Below, in pieces: positions 16,101 through 22,831 of a stretch of DNA of 32,000 nt; position 1 is the first letter of the stretch, and each line of letters starts with the position of its first letter. The stretch lies in assembly GCF_000020025.1 (NCBI RefSeq), contig NC_010628.1, positions 2,790,001-2,822,000 on the forward strand. The letters run 5' to 3'. This DNA comes from Nostoc punctiforme PCC 73102. Its GTDB lineage: Bacteria; Cyanobacteriota; Cyanobacteriia; Cyanobacteriales; Nostocaceae. The notes beneath the pieces are model-generated. The model was not told where the DNA came from, made no database searches, and saw only the letters and a list, made by a program, of their open reading frames with translations. The translations under genes and the position numbers were made by a program.

Positions 16101-18536
16101 TTGCCAGCTATCTGCTGCTAGCAGTTCTATTCCTAGCATAAAATATTGAACCGCAGCAGTATAGGCAGTGGAAGCCTTAGCTTTTCGTCCAGCTACTAGA
16201 TTTAACTGAGCTAGTTGATTGCGTTCGTTCTGTTGAGTAATTAACTCCAACCCCATGTTTAATTGATTAACAATTTGAAAAATTTTCTCTTGTCGCTCGT
16301 CCGCAGAAATATTATTTAACAGTAACTGTCCAAGTTTTAAGTGAGTAGTCTGTTTCTCATCTTCAGGTATTAGAAAATAAGCCGCTTGTTGGACGCGATC
16401 ATGCAAAAATTTATAAGTAACTGCTTGTGAGCTTTGCCCTGCAATTGTTTGACTTTCCTCACCCACATAGAACTTATAAACTTCAGTTTGAGGTAAGATT
16501 AACCCCTCTTGTAAAGCTTTCCATAAGGCTGTTGCGGTTTCGGCTTCTGACGTTTCAGATACATTCTTAGAGCTTGCACCTCGCGCGATCGCTAAGGTTG
16601 CTAAGTCAAATTCGTTACCAATGCACGCCGCTAATTTCAAGACTTCCTGCGTTGCTGTTGGCAACTTTTGCAACTGCAATGCCATGAATTCAACAACATC
16701 ATCCGTGAGAGCTAACGCTTTCACTTCCGAAATGTCATACTGCCAATTTCCCCGAGCAAAATCAAACTGGATCAGCCCATCTTCATGCAGTGCTTTGATA
16801 AATTGTGTACTAAAAAATGGATTACCTGCGGTCTTTTGATATACCAGTTGAGTTAATATTTGTGCGGCTTCTGGCGAACAACTGAGGGTATCGGTAACTA
16901 GTTGATTTAAACTTGCTGCACTCAACGGTGCTAGTGTAATAATGTTAATTGTGACTTTGGCTTTAGCAATCTCTTCTATTGTCAACATCAAAGGATGAGC
17001 AGCAAAAACCTCATTATCGCGGTAAGCTCCAATTAATAATAAATATCCTCCCTCTAAATCATCCATCAGCAACTGCATTAACTTCAAAGAAGCTGAATCT
17101 GCCCACTGCAAATCATCTAAGAAAATCACTAGGGGATGTTCTTTGGTCGTAAATACTTGAATAAACTTCTGAAATAGTAAATTAAAGCGATTTTGTGCCG
17201 CAGTTCCAGATAAATTGGGCGCAGGTAGTTGTTGACCAATAATTTGTTCTAGTTCTGGAATCACCTCAATAATGATTTGCCCATTATCACCCAGTGCTGC
17301 TAAAATTTTGTTTTTCCAAGCTGATAATTGGGTATCATTCTCACTCAGCAATTGCCCTACTAAATCTCGAAACGTCTGTACAAAGGCAGAAAAAGGAATA
17401 TTACGATTAAATTGATCAAACTTGCCTTTGATGAAGTAACCCCGCTGTTCGGCAATCGGCTTATGAACTTCGTTAATAATCGCCGTTTTACCAATACCAG
17501 AAAACCCTGCGACTAACATCAGTTCCGTTTGATGATTAGTAACGCGGTCAAATGCTTCTAGCAAAGTTTTCACCTCTTCTTCCCGACCGTAGAGCTTTTC
17601 AGGGATAATGAAGCGATCGCTAACATCTCGTTGCCCAATCGAGAAACTTTCAATTTTGCCCGTTTGCTGGAGTTGATGCAAACAAGTTTCTAAATCATAT
17701 TTCAGCCCAAATGCACTCTGATAGCGGTTTTCGGCATTTTTCGCCATCAATTTCATAACGATATCACAGAGTACCTGGGGAATTTCCTCCCTTCTGCCTT
17801 GTGCCTCCTGCCTTCTGCCTTCTGCCTTCTGCCTTCTGCCTTCTAGGGGTGGCGGTAGTTTGGCAATATGGCAATGTACTAACTCCATCGGATCGTTTGA
17901 TTGGAACGGTAATTGTCCCGTTAGTAACTCGTAAAAAGTTACGCCTAGAGAATAGAAATCAGACCGGTAATCTATGCCGCGATTCATCCGTCCGGTTTGT
18001 TCTGGCGACAAATAAGCGAGTGTTCCTTCCAATACATTGGGATTCTTTAGGGTTTGGGTTTCCCGTGGCAGCAGAGATGCAATACTAAAGTCAATCAGTT
18101 TGACATCGCGAGTTTCTGGATTAATGAGAATATTGGCAGGTTTAATATCTTTGTGAATAATGCGATGACGAATGAGAATATCTAATATATTGCACAGGGC
18201 GATCGCTAAGGGCAAAAATTCCATGAGAGTTGGCACAGTTCCCAATTGCTTCAGAGAAATTCCCCCAAAGTCTTCCATTACCAATGCATAACCATTCTGG
18301 TAAGTTTCCAAGCTGTAGGTTTGAATGATCCCAGGGAAGTTAAGATTTTTGGCAATGGTGTACTGATTGCAAAACGACAACAGTTCAGTGAAGCTGGGAT
18401 AAGGGTTTTTCAGCAGCTTGATGACTACAGGCTGTTGGTCAGTCTTTTTATATCCGCGATAAACCAGGGTTCTTGAACCGTTGTAAAGTTGTTCGCTAAT
18501 GTGATATCCGCTCATACTGACTTGGGTACTAGCCAT
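13131..18536 (-). CDS. Giant multidomain sensor (HstK-like dual kinase architecture): Ser/Thr protein kinase, P-loop NTPase (AAA_16/STAND-like), TPR-like helical array, GAF, HisKA-like, HATPase_c
   Basis: 1801-aa ORF. Kinase motifs are VVIK, IIHKDIKPANILI, DFS and LAYLSPEQ. Walker A is LVAGFSGIGKTAIINEV and Walker B is LVIFLDDLQWAD. A long helical-repeat region follows, then a GAF-like segment (...KCVLILIQDN...LLGILYLEN). The H-box is SLVAGVAHEVNTPVG and the CA domain contains YSDDGCGI...GTGLGLHIV. Confidence 0.85.
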   Translation of the reverse strand: MASTQVSMSGYHISEQLYNGSRTLVYRGYKKTDQQPVVIKLLKNPYPSFTELLSFCNQYTIAKNLNFPGIIQTYSLETYQNGYALVMEDFGGISLKQLGTVPTLMEFLPLAIALCNILDILIRHRIIHKDIKPANILINPETRDVKLIDFSIASLLPRETQTLKNPNVLEGTLAYLSPEQTGRMNRGIDYRSDFYSLGVTFYELLTGQLPFQSNDPMELVHCHIAKLPPPLEGRRQKAEGRRQEAQGRREEIPQVLCDIVMKLMAKNAENRYQSAFGLKYDLETCLHQLQQTGKIESFSIGQRDVSDRFIIPEKLYGREEEVKTLLEAFDRVTNHQTELMLVAGFSGIGKTAIINEVHKPIAEQRGYFIKGKFDQFNRNIPFSAFVQTFRDLVGQLLSENDTQLSAWKNKILAALGDNGQIIIEVIPELEQIIGQQLPAPNLSGTAAQNRFNLLFQKFIQVFTTKEHPLVIFLDDLQWADSASLKLMQLLMDDLEGGYLLLIGAYRDNEVFAAHPLMLTIEEIAKAKVTINIITLAPLSAASLNQLVTDTLSCSPEAAQILTQLVYQKTAGNPFFSTQFIKALHEDGLIQFDFARGNWQYDISEVKALALTDDVVEFMALQLQKLPTATQEVLKLAACIGNEFDLATLAIARGASSKNVSETSEAETATALWKALQEGLILPQTEVYKFYVGEESQTIAGQSSQAVTYKFLHDRVQQAAYFLIPEDEKQTTHLKLGQLLLNNISADERQEKIFQIVNQLNMGLELITQQNERNQLAQLNLVAGRKAKASTAYTAAVQYFMLGIELLAADSWQNQYLLMLALYEEAAEAEYLNTHFEQAITLTDLILQQTTHLLHRIKSYELKVQVYIAQDRQVQAIETGLKALEQLKISLRLPGVEQENYLQQLPELTSLANIPEMIDPESLAALRLLISITPPVHHVKPDMFPSVALTMLQLCLEQGHSSLAAYVYGIYGLFLCAVIKDVDTAYHSGQISLNLLKQYHAKEHSSKIYMLFGVFICACKEHGRNTLTFLQESMQCGLEVGDIEYTSYSIMAESAHLFLIGEPLDSVEKKQTQYIDLLLNFKQKHCVDYAKIWKQLTLNFLGQASDRFHLTGTDFNETEMLLHFHSTHNHQSLFATYVAKTVILYAFEKYEQAVICAEQATEFVDGAFGLLLVTGHNFYYSLSLLALCSACLEEADCNQSERWLNQVFTNQKLMRDWADNAPANYQHKYDLVEAETARVMGDTLKAMEYYDRAIAGAKENGYLNEEALSNELAAKFYLNWGGEKVAQAYIQEAYYCYSRWDAKAKIDDLETRYPQLLQHILQQKQFTFQPLETLAIPARTIHQPTQTSSSSSTSISEALDFATIFKASQSLSSEIQLDKLLISLLNAIMTNAGASKCVLILIQDNDLRVEAIAQLGQEPSVGPGLPIDRSFDIPLSLIYLVKRSLKSHVIADASTEATLVNDLYIRKQQPKSLLCNPIVHQGKLLGILYLENNLATEAFTPDRLEIVKLLSSQAAISLENANLYNTLEQKVSDRTQQLSQALEELKTTQDQLVESKKMAALGSLVAGVAHEVNTPVGTSITLVSTLIDKTTALMATVEQGKLKRSDLTNYLNIAKECGDIILTNLNNAAELVQSFKQVAVDQTNLEQRTIKVKVYLEETLFSLAPNLRQTLHTVTVTGDDTVTISSYPGALAQVVTNLVMNSLMHAYQPGEAGQMYFQVLQQGDRAIVQYSDDGCGIPEEHLSRIFEPFFTTARHRGGTGLGLHIVYNLVTQKLQGRINVQSEVEKGTLFIVTLPLEPQVTP
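17787..17844. repeat. STRR-like heptanucleotide array (about 8 units of CTGCCTT and variants) inside the kinase-domain coding sequence
   Basis: cctcccttctgccttgtgcctcctgccttctgccttctgccttctgccttctgccttct. On the coding strand, GAAGGCA repeats translate as EGRRQKAEGRRQEAQGRREE (aa 232-251). Confidence 0.85.
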
Positions 18537-18639
18537 ACTGCTGAATTCTTGAGGTTTCAGCTTTTAGTATTCCCCGATGAACTCCCGTAATTTTTAGACA
18601 GGTATCGAGTAAATACCTTATCTATTGCTAACTTAAACT

Positions 18640-18670
18640 AAAAAGCGCCCTCCCGAGCTGGGAGAGCGCT
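18640..18670 (-). terminator. Rho-independent terminator of psbA
   Basis: The minus-strand RNA is AGCGCUCUCCC-AGCUC-GGGAGGGCGCU: an 11-bp stem with one G.U pair, followed by UUUUU. It sits about 35 nt after the psbA stop. Confidence 0.75.
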
Positions 18671-18704
18671 TTATTATTTAGCTAATAGAGTTAATGTTTG
18701 AGAA

Positions 18705-19787
18705 TTAACCGTTGATAGCAGGAGCAGAAAGAGCAACAGGAGCAGATTGTGCAGATGCCAAATCTAGAGGGAAGTTGTGAGCGTTACGCTCGTGCATTAC
18801 TTCCATACCGAGGTTAGCGCGGTTGATTACATCCGCCCAAGTTGCAATCACACGACCTTCAGAGTCAATGATTGATTGGTTGAAGTTGAAACCGTTCAAG
18901 TTGAACGCCATTGTGCTTACACCCAAGGCGGTGAACCAGATGCCGATTACAGGCCATGCTGCGAGGAAGAAGTGCAGTGAACGGCTGTTGTTGAAGGAAG
19001 CGTATTGGAAGATTAGACGACCGAAGTAGCCGTGAGCTGCAACGATATTGTAGGTTTCTTCTTCTTGACCGAATTTGTAACCGTAGTTAAGGGACTCGGT
19101 TTCGGTGGTTTCACGAACTAGTGAAGATGTTACAAGAGATCCGTGCATTGCAGAGAACAAGCTTCCGCCGAATACACCAGCTACACCTAGTTGGTGGAAG
19201 GGGTGCATCAAGATGTTGTGTTCTGCTTGGAACACGATCATGAAGTTGAATGTTCCTGAGATACCTAAAGGCATACCATCAGAGAAAGAACCTTGTCCGA
19301 TGGGGTATACCAAGAATACTGCGGTTGCTGCTGCAACAGGTGCAGAATATGCGATCGCAATCCAAGGACGCATACCTAAGCGGTAGGATAGTTCCCATTC
19401 ACGACCTAAGTAGCAGAATACGCCAATCAAGAAGTGGAAAATTACCAATTGGTAAGGACCGCCGTTGTACAACCACTCATCTAAGGATGCTGCTTCCCAA
19501 ATTGGGTAGAAGTGCAAGCCGATGGCGTTGGAGGAAGGTACTACTGCACCAGAGATGATGTTGTTTCCGTAGATTAAGGAACCTGCAACTGGTTCGCGGA
19601 TACCGTCGATGTCAACGGGAGGTGCAGCGATGAAGGCGATTACGAAGCAAGCGGTGGCGGCTAGCAGGGTTGGGATCATGACTACGCCGAACCAGCCGAT
19701 GTAGATGCGGTTGTTGGTGCTGGTGATCCACTCACAGAATCGATCCCATACGTTGGCGCTTGAGCGCTGTTGTAAGGTTGTTGTCAT
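18705..19787 (-). CDS. psbA: Photosystem II reaction-centre protein D1 (E130, D1:2-type), with a 16-aa C-terminal extension
   Basis: The 360-aa sequence is unmistakably D1. By my own count Y161, D170, E189, H198, H215, S264, H272, H332, E333, H337, D342 and A344 are all present. Residue 130 is Glu (GREWELS). Confidence 0.98.
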   Translation of the reverse strand: MTTTLQQRSSANVWDRFCEWITSTNNRIYIGWFGVVMIPTLLAATACFVIAFIAAPPVDIDGIREPVAGSLIYGNNIISGAVVPSSNAIGLHFYPIWEAASLDEWLYNGGPYQLVIFHFLIGVFCYLGREWELSYRLGMRPWIAIAYSAPVAAATAVFLVYPIGQGSFSDGMPLGISGTFNFMIVFQAEHNILMHPFHQLGVAGVFGGSLFSAMHGSLVTSSLVRETTETESLNYGYKFGQEEETYNIVAAHGYFGRLIFQYASFNNSRSLHFFLAAWPVIGIWFTALGVSTMAFNLNGFNFNQSIIDSEGRVIATWADVINRANLGMEVMHERNAHNFPLDLASAQSAPVALSAPAING

Positions 19788-19867
19788 TGTTTTATAAGTG
19801 CGGTTAGTGATTTATGAATCAGGCTCGTTTGTCTTTGCCTGTGAATACACTTTACAATGCTTTACAT

Positions 19868-19896
19868 TTTTTAATCAACTATCTCACTTTTGTAAA
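19868..19896 (-). promoter_or_regulatory. Candidate sigma70-type psbA promoter (TTTACA, 17-nt spacer, TAAAAA)
   Basis: The minus strand reads TTTACA aaagtgagatagttgat TAAAAA, about 75-105 nt upstream of the psbA ATG. This rests on the sequence pattern only. Confidence 0.3.
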
Positions 19897-20208
19897 CCTG
19901 ATGGAACTCATCAGCTTTGCTTATTTAAAGCCCAAGTTACAAGCAAGCTAGAGGATTTGATTTCAAATGAATTTCCGCGATCGTTTACCTAAATCTGCAA
20001 TATTGCGGTTACTTATACTATTTACATGTGAGTGAAGCTGCACAAAACCAACCTTGATAAAGCAAGGGGGCTGAAGCCGCTTATATACAACCTCACAGAT
20101 AACGATGTTGGGGACAAAAATATTCCAACCAATGCCCGTAGCCACTTTCAAGACGGTCGCTACAATGATTTGCACTTAACCTAATGAAAAAGTTAAATGT
20201 GTTGTAGT

Positions 20209-20634
20209 TTATTTAAATAACTCCAAACATTCATTTTTTAAAATGCCTTTGGTGACTTTGATGTTTCTAAATGATTTAGCGATTACCTCTTCGCAAGATA
20301 AATTAATTTGTGATTGATTTATCGAGATTAAGTCTTGAATTGAAGCACCATATACAATTTCTGATAAACCACTCCAAACACAAGCAGTTGCACACATTGG
20401 ACAAGGTTCGCAAGTTGTATATATACTATAACCTTCTAAAAAATGGTTTTTAAGTTTAGCTGTTAAACTACGAATAACGTTGATTTCAGCATGGGCTGAT
20501 GGATCGTTGTCTCTGCTGACAGTATTATGAGCTACGGCAACAACTTCATTATCTTTAACAATCACAGCACCGTAAGGCGTATCTCCTTCTTTTGCTTGCG
20601 CCAAAGCTAAACGCATAAAATATTCTGGAATCAT
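20209..20634 (-). CDS. CMP/dCMP-type zinc deaminase (guanine/nucleoside deaminase or TadA-like)
   Basis: 141-aa ORF with the zinc motifs HAE (SAHAEINV) and PCPMC (TTCEPCPMCATA). The N-terminus YFMRLALAQAKEG...PYGAVIV is typical of the family. Confidence 0.8.
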   Translation of the reverse strand: MIPEYFMRLALAQAKEGDTPYGAVIVKDNEVVAVAHNTVSRDNDPSAHAEINVIRSLTAKLKNHFLEGYSIYTTCEPCPMCATACVWSGLSEIVYGASIQDLISINQSQINLSCEEVIAKSFRNIKVTKGILKNECLELFK

Positions 20635-20722
20635 AGAAAGTGAGGTTAATATAAGGATAGTGATTAATAATATCGTATTTATGATGCTATAAATGGGAAT
20701 TAAGATTAGTTAATAGTCGAAT

Positions 20723-21514
20723 ATGTTATTGAGCAGACAAGAAACAGAATTCTACTTAAAAGACCTAGAAACACCAATAGGTAAGGCGATTAATTTAACA
20801 CTTGCCGCTTTGGTACTACTATCATCAGGAATTTTTGTCGCAGAAACTTATAACATTCCTGATTATGTGCGATTTCAATTACATCTAGTCGATACTGCGA
20901 TCGTCATCATATTCGCGGTGGAATATTTACTCCGTTTGTGGAGTGCAGAAAACAAAATTCAGTATGTTTTTAGCTTTTATTCGATTATTGACTTAATGGC
21001 AATTTTGCCATTCTTTCTAGGGATGGTGGATATTAGCTTTATCCGACTACTGCGATGGTTTCGGATTTTACGATTAATCAGGTTTATAGATAGAAAGTTT
21101 TTATTCGCTACTATCAGCACCGAAGATGGCATGATCTTTACGCGAATATTATTTACATTATTTGCAATTGTTTTTATTTATTCTGGCTTAATATATCAAG
21201 TAGAGCATCCGGTTAATCCTCAAAATTACGGTACATTTTTGGATGCATTCTATTTCTCTGTTGTCACAATGACAACTGTGGGATTTGGCGATGTTATTCC
21301 AATTTCTGAATTAGGACGTTTGCTAACGGTATTGATGATTTTTACAGGAATTGCACTGATTCCCTGGCAAGTGGGGGATTTAATTAAGCAAGTTGTGAAA
21401 ACTGCTAATCAGGTAGAAATGGTTTGTTCCAACTGTGGATTGGCTTTCCATGACATAGATGCTGGGTTTTGTAAAAGGTGCGGGGCCAAGTTACCTAGTC
21501 ACAGGGTTGATTGA
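20723..21514 (+). CDS. 6TM voltage-sensor-type K+ channel with a C-terminal zinc-ribbon tail
   Basis: The S4-like segment is FIRLLRWFRILRLIRFIDRK. The selectivity filter is TMTTVGFGD. The hydrophobic segments fit S1-S6. The C-terminus is CSNCGLAFHDIDAGFCKRCGAKL (CxxC...CxxC). Confidence 0.85.
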   Translation: MLLSRQETEFYLKDLETPIGKAINLTLAALVLLSSGIFVAETYNIPDYVRFQLHLVDTAIVIIFAVEYLLRLWSAENKIQYVFSFYSIIDLMAILPFFLGMVDISFIRLLRWFRILRLIRFIDRKFLFATISTEDGMIFTRILFTLFAIVFIYSGLIYQVEHPVNPQNYGTFLDAFYFSVVTMTTVGFGDVIPISELGRLLTVLMIFTGIALIPWQVGDLIKQVVKTANQVEMVCSNCGLAFHDIDAGFCKRCGAKLPSHRVD

Positions 21515-21573
21515 AATGCGATGTCTACGGCGGTATATAGTGCTAATTACCGGGTAGTTCGAGAATATAGTCA

Positions 21574-22461
21574 ATGCCTAACGTTAACGTCATTTCAGAA
21601 TATAAAAGCTTTGGTGGCAAACTCGGCTTTTACAGTCATTTCTCCTCCACGTGTAATGGTGAAATGCATTTTGCTGTTTATCAACCACCACAAGCAACTC
21701 ATAAACCTGTGCCAATTCTCTATTTTCTCTCTGGGTTGATCTGTACAGAAGAGAATTTTATGGTGAAGGCGGGGGGAGTGCAACGGTTTGCGGCTGAGTA
21801 CGGCTTGATGCTGGTTACACCAGATACTAGTCCGCGTCATACTGGCATTGCAGGCGAGGATGATGATTGGGACTTTGGTACAGGTGCAGGCTTTTATGTT
21901 GATGCGACAGAAGAACCCTGGCGTAAAAACTACCAAATGTATAGTTATGTTGTCCACGAACTACCTTCTTTAATTAACGCAAATTTCCCCACCCAACCTG
22001 AAAAACAAGGTATTTTCGGTCATTCAATGGGGGGACACGGGGCGCTTGTTTGTGCAATGAGAAACCCAGAACTTTACAAATCAGTATCAGCCTTTGCACC
22101 TATCACTGCACCTATGCGTTGTCCTTGGGGACAAAAGGCTTTTGGTGGTTATCTTGGCAGAAATCAAGAAAGTTGGCGCGCTTATGATGCTAGTGAATTA
22201 GTCAAACAAGTAGGATATCACAGTTCAATTCTCATTGACCAAGGGACTGCTGATAAATTTTTAGCTGAACAATTACTACCGGAAGTGTTTGAGAAAGCTT
22301 GTGCAGATGTTAAGCAGCCGCTAAACTTGCGTTACCAAGAAGGCTATGACCACAGTTATTATTTCATCGCCAGTTTTATTGAAGATCATATCCGCCACCA
22401 TGCGATCGCTTTATTGGTTACAGCGGTTTTCATCTATTTAAACCCCACGTTTCTATTTTGA
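21574..22461 (+). CDS. fghA: S-formylglutathione hydrolase (esterase D family)
   Basis: [31 protein letters not shown], the nucleophile elbow [10 protein letters not shown], and DQGTADKF...[10 protein letters not shown] are colinear with FrmB/FghA as I recall them. Confidence 0.85.
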   Translation: MPNVNVISEYKSFGGKLGFYSHFSSTCNGEMHFAVYQPPQATHKPVPILYFLSGLICTEENFMVKAGGVQRFAAEYGLMLVTPDTSPRHTGIAGEDDDWDFGTGAGFYVDATEEPWRKNYQMYSYVVHELPSLINANFPTQPEKQGIFGHSMGGHGALVCAMRNPELYKSVSAFAPITAPMRCPWGQKAFGGYLGRNQESWRAYDASELVKQVGYHSSILIDQGTADKFLAEQLLPEVFEKACADVKQPLNLRYQEGYDHSYYFIASFIEDHIRHHAIALLVTAVFIYLNPTFLF

Positions 22462-22581
22462 TTTTTGAACAAAGATACGAGAGAGTACAGCAGGTCTAAA
22501 AGTCTTACAAAAAACATACAAATTGCCACATGGCAGTGAGTATATGTAAAAGAGCAGTTATAATTCCCACAATCATTAGAC

Positions 22582-22608
22582 ATCTTGCAAAAGTAACTTT
22601 TGCAAGAT
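22582..22608. repeat. Perfect 27-nt palindrome (13-bp arms)
   Basis: atcttgcaaaagt-a-acttttgcaagat, in the 370-nt gap between the hydrolase and glycosyltransferase genes. Confidence 0.8.
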
Positions 22609-22831
22609 ATTAGGGAAAGATGAAAGGTTAAAGGAAAATTCCATGCTGTACCTCTTCCCCTTTCCCCCACTTCTGCAAAAAGTCTATTGCAGCCCATCTC
22701 TTAATCCTTTCCAGGATCAAGGAGCAGAGTTCTTAGAGTTTAAGAAGGTAGTTAAGCGAACATAATATTTATTGAAACGGCGATCCATGACAGATATATA
22801 ATTAGTTGAGCTTTATTAGTGAGCAATAAAT

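Noticed and set aside
3617-17844. Heptamer arrays and the PT repeat as possible CRISPR arrays
   Set aside because: The units are 7 nt or 6 nt with no spacers. No 25-40-nt direct repeats separated by unique spacers, and no cas genes, occur anywhere in the window.
18705-19787. psbA as a divergent 'rogue' or sentinel D1 form
   Set aside because: All catalytic and ligand residues (Y161, D170, E189, H332, E333, H337, D342, A344, H198, H215, H272, S264) are present by my count, so it is a standard D1.
19963-20175. 70-aa minus-strand ORF between the deaminase gene and psbA
   Set aside because: It has no recognisable motif or ribosome-binding context, and it lies in the psbA upstream regulatory region. 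There is insufficient support to call a gene.
22434-22697. 87-aa minus-strand ORF in the hydrolase/glycosyltransferase intergenic region
   Set aside because: It overlaps the hydrolase 3' end and the 27-nt palindrome, and its translation is Cys/Phe-rich and low-complexity. It is likely spurious.
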